Both the position numbers and the translations under genes were made by a program. Below are positions 18,977-28,630 of a stretch of DNA of 64,000 bases, piece after piece. Location of the stretch: the NCBI GenBank assembly GCA_023390395.1, contig JAEWCY010000001.1, positions 4,515 to 68,514 of the forward strand, in the 5' to 3' direction. Source of the stretch: Pseudomonadota bacterium (lineage in GTDB: Bacteria; Desulfobacterota; Desulfovibrionia; Desulfovibrionales; Desulfovibrionaceae). The notes below the pieces were generated by a model. The model was not told the origin of the DNA. It searched no databases and saw nothing but the letters and a program-made list of their open reading frames with translations. Position 1 is the stretch's first letter. Each line of letters begins with the position of its first letter.

Positions 18977-20131
18977 TCAGGAGGAAAGCGCCTCGTCCAG
19001 GCGCTCGATCACGTAGCTCACGTCCTCGTCGCTCATGGCGGCGTGCAGGGGCAGGGTCAGGGTCCGGGCCCCGTAGGCCTCGGTGGCGGGGAGCGACACC
19101 CGCCCCGTCTCCCGCTGTCGAAAGTGCGACAGGGTATGGATGGGGCGGTAGTGGATGCTGCTTTGCACGCCGGCCTCGCGCAGCCGGGCCATCACCCGCA
19201 GCCGGTCCGCGTCCTCGGGCAGCAGCACGGTCTGGATGTGGCCGCACTGGGGCCAGTCGGCGGAGAACGGCACGGAAAGGCGGGCATGTCCCGAAAGGAG
19301 CCGGCGGTAGAGGCCGGCCAGGGCCACCCGGCGGCGGTTGCGCCCGGGCAGGGCCCGCAGCTGCTCCAGGCCGATGGCCCCGCGCAGCTCGTCCATGCGG
19401 TAGTTGTAGCCGGCCTCCACCACGTCGTACTGGAAGGCGTGCCCCTGGTCCCTGGTCAGGGTCGTGGAGGTCATGCCGTGGCAGCGCATGAGCCGCAGGC
19501 GCTTATCCGTGGCGTCGTCGTGGACGAGCAGCATGCCGCCCTCGGCCGTGGTCATGTTCTTGTTGGAGTAGAAGCTGAAGGCGCTGGCGTGGCTGTGCCG
19601 GCCCACGCCGGGCAGTCCGGCGGCGTGGGCCGCGTCCTCGACGAGCACGAGCCCGTGGGCGTCGGCCCACGCGCGCCAGGGGGCCATGTCCATGAGGTAG
19701 CCGCCGTAGTGCATGACCACCACGGCCCTGGTCCTCGGGGTGAGGGCCGCCCGGGCCTTCTCCAGGCTCATGTGCGGCCGCGACGTGTCCTCGATGTCCA
19801 CGAACACGGGCCTGGCCCCGACGTACAGGGCGGCGTTGGCCGTGGCCACGAAGGACAGCGACGGGACGAGCACCTCGTCCCCGGGGCCGACGCCGTGCAC
19901 GGCCAGGGCGAGGTGCAGGGCGGCGGTGCAGGAATTGACGGCCACGCCGTGGCCGACGCCGTGCAGGGCGGCGAATTCCCGCTCCAGGTCCCGGACCCGG
20001 TCGCCCATGGCCAGCCAGTTGCCGTCGAGGACCCTGAGCAGGGCTTCCTTTTCCGCCTGCCCGAGCAGGGGGGGGGACAGTTCGACGCGTCGCACGACGG
20101 CCTCAGATGCCAAGCAAGGCGGAGTTTCCAT
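18977..20131 (-). CDS. DegT/DnrJ/EryC1/StrS PLP-dependent sugar aminotransferase
   Basis: NSCTAALHLA, SFVATAN, EDAAH, SFYSNKNMTTAEGG, GYNYRM. Confidence 0.93.
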   Translation of the reverse strand: METPPCLASEAVVRRVELSPPLLGQAEKEALLRVLDGNWLAMGDRVRDLEREFAALHGVGHGVAVNSCTAALHLALAVHGVGPGDEVLVPSLSFVATANAALYVGARPVFVDIEDTSRPHMSLEKARAALTPRTRAVVVMHYGGYLMDMAPWRAWADAHGLVLVEDAAHAAGLPGVGRHSHASAFSFYSNKNMTTAEGGMLLVHDDATDKRLRLMRCHGMTSTTLTRDQGHAFQYDVVEAGYNYRMDELRGAIGLEQLRALPGRNRRRVALAGLYRRLLSGHARLSVPFSADWPQCGHIQTVLLPEDADRLRVMARLREAGVQSSIHYRPIHTLSHFRQRETGRVSLPATEAYGARTLTLPLHAAMSDEDVSYVIERLDEALSS

Positions 20132-20810
20132 TGACCACTTCCTGGGCCTTTTCGAAGTCCTCGGGCCGTCCGATGTCCATCCAGACGCCCTGGTGCTCGT
20201 AGGTGTTGATCGGCACGCCCTTGTCGAGGAGCGAATACATGAGGTCGTCGAAGCCGTAGGCGCAATTGGGCGGCACGTACTCCAGGACGTCGGGCTCGAT
20301 GCAGTAGATGCCCATGCTGACGGTGAGCTCCATGACCGGCTTTTCCCGGAAGTTCACGACGATGTCCCCGTCGCGCTCGATGACGCCCAGGTCGATGTTG
20401 ATGCGCTTGCGGGTGACGCCGATGGTCAGGAGCGCGCCGCTGCGCTTGTGCGAGGCCACCATGTCGCGCACCTTGAGGTCGGTGATGATGTCGCCGTTGA
20501 GCACGAGGAAGGTGTCGTCGAGCCTTTCCCGGCCGAGCAGGGCCAGGGGGCCGATGGTGCCGAGCGGCTCGCTCTCGTGGCAATATTCCAGCTCGAAGCC
20601 CCACTGGGAGCCGTCGCCGCACAGGGTCTTGATGAGCTTGGCCAGGTAGCCCACGGTGACGTAGCCCTGGGTGATGTCGTTGCGGCGCAGCCACTTGATG
20701 AGCATCTCGATGACCGGCACGCCGCACACCGGCATGAGCGGCTTGGGGAGCACCATGGTGTAGGGCGCAAGCCGCGTTCCCTTGCCGCCTGCCTGGATGA
20801 CCGCCTTCAT
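20103..20810 (-). CDS. Sugar-phosphate nucleotidyltransferase
   Basis: IQAGGKGTRLAPYT..PKPL, EPLGTIG, LNGDI, FREKP, WMDIG; ATGA overlap. Confidence 0.92.
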   Translation of the reverse strand: MKAVIQAGGKGTRLAPYTMVLPKPLMPVCGVPVIEMLIKWLRRNDITQGYVTVGYLAKLIKTLCGDGSQWGFELEYCHESEPLGTIGPLALLGRERLDDTFLVLNGDIITDLKVRDMVASHKRSGALLTIGVTRKRINIDLGVIERDGDIVVNFREKPVMELTVSMGIYCIEPDVLEYVPPNCAYGFDDLMYSLLDKGVPINTYEHQGVWMDIGRPEDFEKAQEVVNGNSALLGI

Positions 20811-21781
20811 GATCTTTCTCCCCGCGCGTGCATGTCTTCCAGCTCCCGGAAAAGGGCCGACAGCCCGTCCCGGTCGCGGATGGAGGAAAATCCCCAGTAC
20901 CTGTCCGCCGCCTCGTGCTGGCGCGGCGTGACCGCGTCGGAGCATTCGCGAAACGCCGCCTCCAGCTCCGCGATGTCCGGGGACGGCTCGCGGTAGTGGG
21001 ACGCGCCGACCTCGCTGGCGAACATCGCCTCGTCGCGGCAGGAATAGCCCAGCATCGAGGGCACGTAACAGTGCGGCACGCCCATGAACACGCTGTAGCC
21101 CAGGGCCGTGGTCAGGGCGTTGGCCGCGGTCATGGAGGCCACGGCGAGCAGGCTCTTGAGCCGGGGCAGGAACATGGGGTCGTAGATGTGGCCGCAGCTG
21201 ACGCACTCGAAGCCCTGCCTGGCGTATTCCAGGGCGACGCCGTCGAGCACGTCCTTCCAGTAGACGCAGACCCGCACCCGGTCGAACTCCCGGCCCAGTT
21301 CGCGCAGGACCGCGCCGAAGCGGCCGGCGTCGTGCTCGCAGGTGACGTGGTGCGTGGAATGGGCCGGAAAGGCCAGCAGGTTGCGTCCGAGCCGGCGCTT
21401 CTCGCGCGCCAGTCCCGCCTCGTCCAGGGCGTGGGGCGCGTAGTGCACGTAGGGGCCCACGGCGTAGAGCGGCTTGTCCGTACGCTCGCGGATGAAGGCG
21501 TGCCGGTACGGGCTCATGGTGAGCACGGCCGGCAGGGGCGCCTCGAGGTTGTGCATCCAGACGCCGTGGCCCAGCTCGGCGCTGTGCTCCATGGCCGCCT
21601 TGACCGCGTAGTCCCCGGGCAGGCCCAGGAAAGACTTGAGGGCCAGGGCGTTGCCGTAGAAATCGTTGGGAGGATGGATCTCGCGCGTTTCCTGTTCCCG
21701 GTCGGCGCACAGGGCGTACAGGGGGGCGAGCCGCTCCGGGGGGCGGGCCTGGGATTCGATGGCGGATGCGTTAGGCGTCAT
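20807..21781 (-). CDS. Hypothetical glycan-locus protein (possible GT-B-like transferase)
   Basis: Protein-like composition, coupled overlaps on both sides; NDFYG, FPAHSTHH, VYWKD, GHIYDPMFLPRL. Confidence 0.65.
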   Translation of the reverse strand: MTPNASAIESQARPPERLAPLYALCADREQETREIHPPNDFYGNALALKSFLGLPGDYAVKAAMEHSAELGHGVWMHNLEAPLPAVLTMSPYRHAFIRERTDKPLYAVGPYVHYAPHALDEAGLAREKRRLGRNLLAFPAHSTHHVTCEHDAGRFGAVLRELGREFDRVRVCVYWKDVLDGVALEYARQGFECVSCGHIYDPMFLPRLKSLLAVASMTAANALTTALGYSVFMGVPHCYVPSMLGYSCRDEAMFASEVGASHYREPSPDIAELEAAFRECSDAVTPRQHEAADRYWGFSSIRDRDGLSALFRELEDMHARGERS

Positions 21782-22724
21782 GGGCGATCATGCGCAGCAC
21801 GTGGTTGAAGGATTGGGCGAAAAGGCGTTCGTCCCAGGCGGTCAGTCCGGCCGCCAGGTCGCCGCGCTCCAGGAAGGCCGCGATCACCTCGGCCTCCTGA
21901 CCGGTGCTGGCCACGGCCAGGACGGTCCTGCCGAGCCCCAGGCACTCGTAGAGCGTCTTGCCCCCGGCGCACACCACCGCGGAACTCGCGGCCAGGAGCG
22001 GCAGGAGCGCGTCCGGCGCACGGCGCACCTCCAGCCGGCCCCGGGAGTCCCGGGCCATGGCCTCCAGGTCCTCGCCCGGGCCGAAGCCGGGGCCGAGCAC
22101 CGCGACCACACGACTTTCAAGCAAATTCCGAGCCAGGATCACAGGCACGATCTTCCTGGTCAATTCCGTGGGATCGGAGCCGCCGAGGGTGACGACGATC
22201 GTGCCGTCTCCCCTGGCCGCGTTCAGGGCGAGCTCATGGAAGGCCTGGTCCACCATCAGGTAGGACGGCCCGAGGAAGCGATGCCGCGCCCGGGGGTACA
22301 TGTCCGGCCGGGCCAGCACGCTGTAGTCGAGGACCGCTTCGCAGGGGAAAAGGTCGCGGCCCGAATCGTCGATCAGAAAGGCCCTGGCCCCCGCCCGGGC
22401 GCAGGCCTCGACCGTCTCGGGCTCCGGAGCGTAGGGCAGGTCGAGCACCAGCAGGTCGGCCCGGGAAAAGTCCCCGGCCCAGGCCCCGTCCAGGGTCGTC
22501 ACGTCCTGGCCCCGGGCCCTGGCCCGGTCCACGCCCTCGGGAATGGGCCGCATGAAGAAACGGCACTCGGCCCCTGTCTGCCGCAACAGGTCCGCGAAGA
22601 CCAGGCAACGTTCCAGGTGGCCGAAGGACAGGCCAGGCAGGCGGCCGGCGTCCACCCGGAAATGGACGCGGCGCACGTCGCCCAGGCGCGCCCGCACGGC
22701 GGCGAACCAGCTAGGCCAGGACAT
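21771..22724 (-). CDS. PseG/SpsG-like NDP-sugar hydrolase (GT28-like fold)
   Basis: FRVDAG..GHLERCL, LIDD, VTLGGSD, VLGPGF, AGGKTLYE. Confidence 0.8.
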   Translation of the reverse strand: MSWPSWFAAVRARLGDVRRVHFRVDAGRLPGLSFGHLERCLVFADLLRQTGAECRFFMRPIPEGVDRARARGQDVTTLDGAWAGDFSRADLLVLDLPYAPEPETVEACARAGARAFLIDDSGRDLFPCEAVLDYSVLARPDMYPRARHRFLGPSYLMVDQAFHELALNAARGDGTIVVTLGGSDPTELTRKIVPVILARNLLESRVVAVLGPGFGPGEDLEAMARDSRGRLEVRRAPDALLPLLAASSAVVCAGGKTLYECLGLGRTVLAVASTGQEAEVIAAFLERGDLAAGLTAWDERLFAQSFNHVLRMIAHDA

Positions 22725-23376
22725 GGATCGCCCCGATCGACTCCACGGGCAGGGCCACGCGCGCGAGCCTCGCCGTCAGGTCCCGGTAGTCCGCGAGCGT
22801 GTCCACGGTCAAACGGACGTCCCGCCGCCGCAGGGGCGGCGGCGCGGGCGCCTTGTGCACGGCGAAGGCCTCCGGGGCGTCGAGCACGCGCCTGTTGAGG
22901 TGCTCGCGCTCGGCCGGGGAAAGGTCCAGGGCGTCCAGGCGCAGCAGGAGGCGGCGGCTGAAGCCGTCCACCCCGACCCCCACGGCGCAGTCGCCGTAGC
23001 CGTCCACATAGTCATGTCCCTGACGCAGGGCGTCCTGGACCAGTCCGATCATGGCCAGGCTGGTCAAGGGATTGTCGCCCGTGACCCGGATGCAGGCCTC
23101 GGCCCCGAAGGCCTCCAGGCAGGCGAGGAAGCGGCGCAGCACGTCGTCCTCCTCGCCGCGCACCACGGGAACGCCCAGGGAATCGGCCCAGGCCGCCAGG
23201 ATGTCGTCCTCGGGATTTCGGGTCGTGGCCAGGCACAGCCCGAGCCCCGACTCGGCCGCCACGGCCAGGCGTCGCAACAGGAAGGCGAGCATGGCGGTCC
23301 CCTTCAGCGGATAGACCGCCTTGCCCGGCAGCCGCCGGGAGGCGAACCGGGCCTGGACCACGCACAGCACGTTCAC
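22711..23376 (-). CDS. SpsF/PseF-like cytidylyltransferase
   Basis: VQARFASRRLPGK, LATT..EDD, RGEEDDVLRRF, RVTGDNP, RLTVDT; GTG after GGAGG. Confidence 0.88.
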   Translation of the reverse strand: MNVLCVVQARFASRRLPGKAVYPLKGTAMLAFLLRRLAVAAESGLGLCLATTRNPEDDILAAWADSLGVPVVRGEEDDVLRRFLACLEAFGAEACIRVTGDNPLTSLAMIGLVQDALRQGHDYVDGYGDCAVGVGVDGFSRRLLLRLDALDLSPAEREHLNRRVLDAPEAFAVHKAPAPPPLRRRDVRLTVDTLADYRDLTARLARVALPVESIGAIHVLA

Positions 23377-23390
23377 GGGACCTCCTCCGG

Positions 23391-24374
23391 TTACGGGCGC
23401 GTCGCGGAGGCGTCCAGGAAATCGTTTCGCGAGACCGGCCCCAGGGCCTTGACGTCCCGGCGGGCGCGAAGCCCGACCACCCAGTCCAGGTCGGCCGGGC
23501 TCAGCTCCCCTTCCGGGCGGCAGGACAGCAGGTCTTCCCGGGCGACCACCTCCCCGGCCCGGATGTCCCGGGCGGCGTGCAGGCCGCGCCGGAAAAGCCG
23601 GGCGTTTTCCCGGTCGGGCCGCCGGCGGAAGAAGGCGGCCGCGTTTCCCTCCATGGCTTCGAACAGGGCCAGGCCGTCGCACAGCCGGCGCAGCATGGCC
23701 GGGTCGGCCGAGTGGGCGTGGTCGCCGCCCTCGCGGCCGACGTCCAGGGTGAAATGGGTCTCGATGATCCGCGCGCCGTGGAAATAGGCGGCCAGGCAGG
23801 CGTCGATGCCGGGGTAGTGGTCGGAATAGCCCACGGGCAGGCCGAAGGCGTCGCGCAGGAGCCCGATGGCCGAAAGGTGCAGGTCCTCGGCCCGGGCCGG
23901 ATACTGGGACAGGCAGTGCAGCAGGCTGACCTCCCCCGCGCCGTGGGCGGCCAGCGTCTCCAGGGCCAGGTCGATCTCGCCGAGCACGGCCATGCCCGTG
24001 GACAGGTAGACCGGCTTGCCCGTGGCGGCGACGCGCCCGAGCAGCGGCAGGTTGGTCACGTCCATGGAGGCGACCTTGTAGGCGTCCACCCCCGCTTCCT
24101 CGAGCAGGTCCACGCCGTCCGGCGAGAACGGGGTGGACAAGAAGCCCACGCCCCGGGCCTCGGCCTCGGCCTTGAGCAGGCGGTGCCGGGCCAGGTCCAG
24201 CTCCCCGGGCCGGATGGCCTCGACGTAGGGGCTGTCGGGCCGCAGGATGTCCGTGGCCCGAAACGTCTGGAATTTGACGATGTCCGCGCCGGCGGCCGCG
24301 GCCGCCCGGATCATGGCCACGGCGTCGTCCATGTCGCCGCCGTGGTTGAAGCCGATTTCGGCGATGATCTTCAT
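23391..24374 (-). CDS. neuB: NeuB-family nonulosonic acid synthase (NeuB/PseI/LegI) with C-terminal SAF domain
   Basis: IIAEIGFNHGG, KFQTF, STPFS, KVAS, LSTGM, HCLSQYP, GYSDH, IETHFTLD. Confidence 0.92.
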   Translation of the reverse strand: MKIIAEIGFNHGGDMDDAVAMIRAAAAAGADIVKFQTFRATDILRPDSPYVEAIRPGELDLARHRLLKAEAEARGVGFLSTPFSPDGVDLLEEAGVDAYKVASMDVTNLPLLGRVAATGKPVYLSTGMAVLGEIDLALETLAAHGAGEVSLLHCLSQYPARAEDLHLSAIGLLRDAFGLPVGYSDHYPGIDACLAAYFHGARIIETHFTLDVGREGGDHAHSADPAMLRRLCDGLALFEAMEGNAAAFFRRRPDRENARLFRRGLHAARDIRAGEVVAREDLLSCRPEGELSPADLDWVVGLRARRDVKALGPVSRNDFLDASATRP

Positions 24375-24387
24375 GTTGGCTCCCGCG

Positions 24388-25203
24388 TCAGGATCGGGGA
24401 CGCGCCCCGGAGGCGTCCACGACGATGAAGACGTATTTCTCCGCGCCCTCGAAGCCTTCCCAGCGGTCCAGGGCGCTGGTCACGGACCGGGCGTGGTCCA
24501 GGTAGGCCTGGCCGAAGTCCTTGTAGGTCCTGAAGTCCAGGACCCGGCAGCCCAGGCCTTCGTACAGGGCCTTGTAGTCGTGGCCGACGATGTTGGTCTT
24601 GGGCGCGCGCTTTTCCCGCAGGGCGGGCGTGGTGTGGGCGTCGTCGTATTCCAGGTGGATCACGTAGCGGCGGCTGACGCGCAGCATCTCGCGCAGGGCC
24701 AGGCCGATCCTGGCCGGATGGATGTTCATGAACACCCCAAGGGAAAAGCCCACGTCGAAGGCGTCGTCCGTGAACGGCATGCGGCAGGCGTCGCCGTTGG
24801 CCAGCAGGAAGCGCGCGTCCGGCAGGTACTCCCGGGAATTGGCGAGCTGGCTCCAGCTGAAGTCCAGTCCGCCCACCCGGACGGCCGGGAACTCGCGCCG
24901 CACCCGGGCCAGGTTCCAGCCGAAGCCGCAGCCCGCCTCGAAGAAGCTCGAGAATTCCAGGCCGCGCAGACGGTCCACCAGCATGTCCTGGAAGAAGACT
25001 TCCCGGTCCAGGTAGCCCGAGGCCAGGATCTCCCGGCGGTACACCGCGCCGCGCCGCTGCCAGTAGTCGCGCTGGTCGGCGAGCTTGGGCAGGGTCAGGC
25101 CGAAGAGCCTGTAGAGCAGCCGCTTGGCGTGCCACTCGATCTTATACGTCTCCACGCCGAGGATCTTCTTCCAGTACGGCGTTTCGGACCCTTGGTCGGT
25201 CAT
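24388..25203 (-). CDS. Class I SAM-dependent methyltransferase
   Basis: FEAGCGFG, GLDFS, GDACRMPFTDDAFD, EMLRVSRRY; ATGA overlap. Confidence 0.88.
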   Translation of the reverse strand: MTDQGSETPYWKKILGVETYKIEWHAKRLLYRLFGLTLPKLADQRDYWQRRGAVYRREILASGYLDREVFFQDMLVDRLRGLEFSSFFEAGCGFGWNLARVRREFPAVRVGGLDFSWSQLANSREYLPDARFLLANGDACRMPFTDDAFDVGFSLGVFMNIHPARIGLALREMLRVSRRYVIHLEYDDAHTTPALREKRAPKTNIVGHDYKALYEGLGCRVLDFRTYKDFGQAYLDHARSVTSALDRWEGFEGAEKYVFIVVDASGARPRS

Positions 25204-26303
25204 GGGCGTCCCGTCCTCATGATGCGCAGTTGGTCGGCCCAGCGGGTCCGGGAATCGCCAACCACGGCAAAGCGTTCCTGGGCGTCGAGGGCGGCGCGCC
25301 GGCAAGCCGGGTCGCACGCCAGATCCCGCAACATTTCGGCCAGTTCCTCCGGCGTCCTGGCGCAACGGGTGGCCCCTACCATGTTGGTCACCAGCATGTC
25401 TTCCCTTTTGAGCCCCAGCTGCACGCTCAGCACCACCCGTCCGAGCAGCGCGGCCTCGGTCAACAGCATCGAGAACATGCCGCAGACCAGGTCCGCGCCG
25501 CAGACCGCGTCCAGGGGGGGCTCGCCCGAAAGCACCCGGCAGGGCACGGGCGCGGCCGCCGCCGCCCGGGCCAGGGCCGCGGCGTCGTCCTCGGGATGGG
25601 GCAGCACCAGCAGCCGGAAGCGCCGCCGCGTCTCCTCGGGCAACGCGGCCGCCGCGGCGGCCAGGGCGGCCAGGGTCGTCAGCTCGTTGAAGCCCCAGTC
25701 CCTGGCCCCGCCGGGCAGGGCGCGCTCCAGGGGCTGGGAGACGAACAGGCAGGCGCACTCCCCGTCCAGGCCCTGCCTGGCTCGAAACCGCCCTCCCCGC
25801 TCCCCGGCCCGGGGGCGCATCGCCCGCAGGGCGTCCAGGTGGGGGCTGCCCAGGATGCGCAGGCTCCCCGCGCCGTGCCCCGCGCCGAGCATGCCCTGGC
25901 GGGCCGTTTCATCGACCACGGCGATCACGTCCGGGAGGATGCTGCGCCCGCCCTCGCCCGGGTCGGCGAAGCGGTTGTCGTAGCCCCACCAGCTGTCCAC
26001 GAAGGCCAGGGTCGGCGCGCCGGCGGCCCTGGCCGCCTCCCAGACCCGGCCGAGCAGCGGGCCGTCCGGGCTGCGGGCCATGTTGATGGTGTCGGTCAGG
26101 ACCAGGCCGTAGCGCCCGAAGGCGGCGTCGCGGATGCCTGCGGCCGTGACCGGGTCCGCGGCGAAGCCCCGGGCCCGCAGGTGGCCGAGCGCCGGCTCGC
26201 GGGCCCAGAGGGCGAGGCCGCCCCCGGCGTCCAGGTCGCGCAGGACCGGCTCCAATGCCCTGGCCCCGCCCACCTGAAAAAACGCTCCCAGGCACGGCCG
26301 CAT
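25200..26303 (-). CDS. Hypothetical GT-B-fold protein (candidate sugar transferase)
   Basis: AFVDSW, LPDVIAVVD, GSPHLD, FVSQP, LPHPED, ADLVCGMFSMLLTEAALLG. Confidence 0.6.
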   Translation of the reverse strand: MRPCLGAFFQVGGARALEPVLRDLDAGGGLALWAREPALGHLRARGFAADPVTAAGIRDAAFGRYGLVLTDTINMARSPDGPLLGRVWEAARAAGAPTLAFVDSWWGYDNRFADPGEGGRSILPDVIAVVDETARQGMLGAGHGAGSLRILGSPHLDALRAMRPRAGERGGRFRARQGLDGECACLFVSQPLERALPGGARDWGFNELTTLAALAAAAAALPEETRRRFRLLVLPHPEDDAAALARAAAAAPVPCRVLSGEPPLDAVCGADLVCGMFSMLLTEAALLGRVVLSVQLGLKREDMLVTNMVGATRCARTPEELAEMLRDLACDPACRRAALDAQERFAVVGDSRTRWADQLRIMRTGRP

Positions 26304-26304
26304 C

Positions 26305-27591
26305 CTACCCCCGGGCCACCTTGGCCAGGGCCTCGGCGATGTCGTCCATGTCCGCCTCGGTCAGGGGGGGATGGACGGCGCTGAGGGTGAAAAGCCGCGA
26401 GCCGTAGAGCTCCTCCACCACCGGGCACACGCCCGGGCCGTAGCGCACCTCGCCCGTCCAGGCCGGGTCGGTCCAGGGGTAGCCCCGGGGCCGGAAGGCC
26501 TTCTGGGTGAAAAGCGGCAGCAGGTGGATGGGCCGCACGAACGTGCTCGCCGGGGGCACGTGCTCCTCCCCCACCTTGACCGTGCGGATGCCCTCGGCGT
26601 CGAGGCGGCGCAGGAACTCGTCGCGGCCCACGCCCACGACCTTCTCGTCGTAGAGCACCGGGAAAAGCAGGTAGTCGTGCTCCGCGCCGGGCCGGACGAT
26701 GGGCGGGGTCAGGCCGTCGATGCCGGCGACCTTCTCGCCGAGGTAGGCGGCCAGGTTGCGGCGGTGGTCCACCAGGGCGTCGAGCTTCTTGACCTGCTCC
26801 ACGGCCACGGCCGCCTCGAGCTCGGTCATCCGGAAATTGTAGCCCACGAGGTTGGTCAGGTTGGCGACCTTGAAGCCCTCCACGCAGTTTTCCGCGTGGT
26901 TGCGCAGCAGTTGCAGCCGCAGGGCCAGGTCGTCGTCGTCGGTGACGGCGATGCCGCCCTCGCCGCACTGGATGGTCTTGTGGCCGTTGAGGCTGTAGCT
27001 GCCGATGTGGGCGTGGGTGCCGGCCATCCTGCCCTTGTACTTGGCCTTGGTGATGTGGGCCGAGTCGCTGAGCACCAGGATGCCGTGCTCCCGGGCCAGG
27101 GCCATGATGCCGTCCATGTCCGCGGACTGGCCGAAGAGGTCCACCACGATCATGGCCTTGGTCCGGGGGGTGATGCATCGCCGGATGCTTTCCACGGAGA
27201 CGCACAGGGTGTCGGGCTCGCTGTCGGCGAACACGGGCACGGCGTCGTAGAGCAGCGGGGCCGTGGCCGAGATCACGTGGCTGTACGGGGTCACGACGAC
27301 CTCGTCGCCGGGGCCCACGCCGAAGGCGCCCATGGCCGCGATGATGACCGAGGTGGCCGAGTTCATGGCGATGGCGTGCTTGACGCCGGCGTGGGCCGCC
27401 CAGCGCTCCTCCAGCTCCCGGACCTTCTTTCCGCCCAGGAAGTACGGGCAGGCCGCCCCGATGAAGTCGGAGATCACCTGGCCCTTGATGACCTCGGCCA
27501 CGGCGCGCATCTCGTTTTCGTCGAACGTGCGGTAGGGGGGAAAAGGCCTGGTGCGCACAGGCGCGCCCCCGTGGATGGCCAACTTGGACAT
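26305..27591 (-). CDS. DegT/DnrJ/EryC1/StrS PLP-dependent sugar aminotransferase
   Basis: MSKLAIHGG, NSATS, VDLFGQ, SDSAH, SLNGHKTIQCGEGG, GYNFRM. Confidence 0.93.
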   Translation of the reverse strand: MSKLAIHGGAPVRTRPFPPYRTFDENEMRAVAEVIKGQVISDFIGAACPYFLGGKKVRELEERWAAHAGVKHAIAMNSATSVIIAAMGAFGVGPGDEVVVTPYSHVISATAPLLYDAVPVFADSEPDTLCVSVESIRRCITPRTKAMIVVDLFGQSADMDGIMALAREHGILVLSDSAHITKAKYKGRMAGTHAHIGSYSLNGHKTIQCGEGGIAVTDDDDLALRLQLLRNHAENCVEGFKVANLTNLVGYNFRMTELEAAVAVEQVKKLDALVDHRRNLAAYLGEKVAGIDGLTPPIVRPGAEHDYLLFPVLYDEKVVGVGRDEFLRRLDAEGIRTVKVGEEHVPPASTFVRPIHLLPLFTQKAFRPRGYPWTDPAWTGEVRYGPGVCPVVEELYGSRLFTLSAVHPPLTEADMDDIAEALAKVARG

Positions 27592-27619
27592 GTCGTCGCT
27601 CCTGCCCGTTTCCGGGCTG

Positions 27620-28630
27620 TTATTGCTCGCCGCCGGGCGCTGCGGCCGGCGAGAGCGCCTCGATGATCCGCAGATCCGCCACGGCCTGCTCCCCATGGTT
27701 CTCGACGGGGCCGCCCGGTTCCGCAAGGAGCCGGACCAGGGCCGCGCCCGCTTCCAGCATGGCCGTCTCGTAGGTGGACGCGAAGACCCGGGGAACCGGG
27801 TCGAGGGTCCTGAAATTCGTGAAGCGCGGATCGGGCCGGGCCGGGTAGAGTTCCGCCCTGGCCCCGTCTGCGGTGAGGCGCAGCCGCCCCGTGTCGCCGA
27901 AGAGGTCCAGGTCGAACAGGCTGTAGGCGTAGCCCGGCCGGTCCAGGGCCACGAGCAGCCCCTCGGCCCCGCCGGCGAAGACCACGCGGGCGTGCAGGGC
28001 CGGGTCCCCGGCCAGGCTGCCGCCGCCGACCGGGCCCACCGGGTGCGCCTCCACGATCTCCCCGGCCAGAAAGCGCATGAGGTTGACCAGGTGGCAGCCG
28101 TTGTGGCGCAGCCCCCGCACGTAATAGCCCGTGACCAGGCGCGGCTTCCCGATGCCGCCGTCGCGCACCAGGTCGCGCAGCTCGCGGTGCATGCGGTCGA
28201 AGCGCCGCACGTAGTTGACCAGGAGCAGCACGCCCGCCTTTTCGGCCTCGGCCAGCAGGCGCTCGCCGGCCGCGGCGGTCCCGGCCAGGGGCTTTTCCAG
28301 GAAGATGATCCGGGGAGGCCTTTCGGCCCCGAGGGCCTGGCGCACCACGTCCTCGTGGGTGGCGTCGGGTGTGGTCACGCTCAGGACGTCCACCGGGCGG
28401 CGGGCCAGCATGGTCGCCACGTCGCCGAACACGTCGGCGCAGCCCCAGCGCTCGGCGAAGCGGCGGGCGTTTTCGGGGTCGGCGTCCGCGCCGCAGGCCA
28501 GGCGCAGGCCGGGCGTGGCCCGGTACATGCCGGCGTGGGTGTAGACGCCCGGGCCGCCCCCGGGCGCGTCGTACAGGCTGCCGATGCGCCCGCATCCGAC
28601 CACCCCGGCCAGGAATCCGGATTCAGCCAT
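27620..28630 (-). CDS. Gfo/Idh/MocA oxidoreductase
   Basis: VVGCGRIG, VTTPDATH, FLEKPL, VNYVRRFD, HNGCH. Confidence 0.9.
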   Translation of the reverse strand: MAESGFLAGVVGCGRIGSLYDAPGGGPGVYTHAGMYRATPGLRLACGADADPENARRFAERWGCADVFGDVATMLARRPVDVLSVTTPDATHEDVVRQALGAERPPRIIFLEKPLAGTAAAGERLLAEAEKAGVLLLVNYVRRFDRMHRELRDLVRDGGIGKPRLVTGYYVRGLRHNGCHLVNLMRFLAGEIVEAHPVGPVGGGSLAGDPALHARVVFAGGAEGLLVALDRPGYAYSLFDLDLFGDTGRLRLTADGARAELYPARPDPRFTNFRTLDPVPRVFASTYETAMLEAGAALVRLLAEPGGPVENHGEQAVADLRIIEALSPAAAPGGEQ

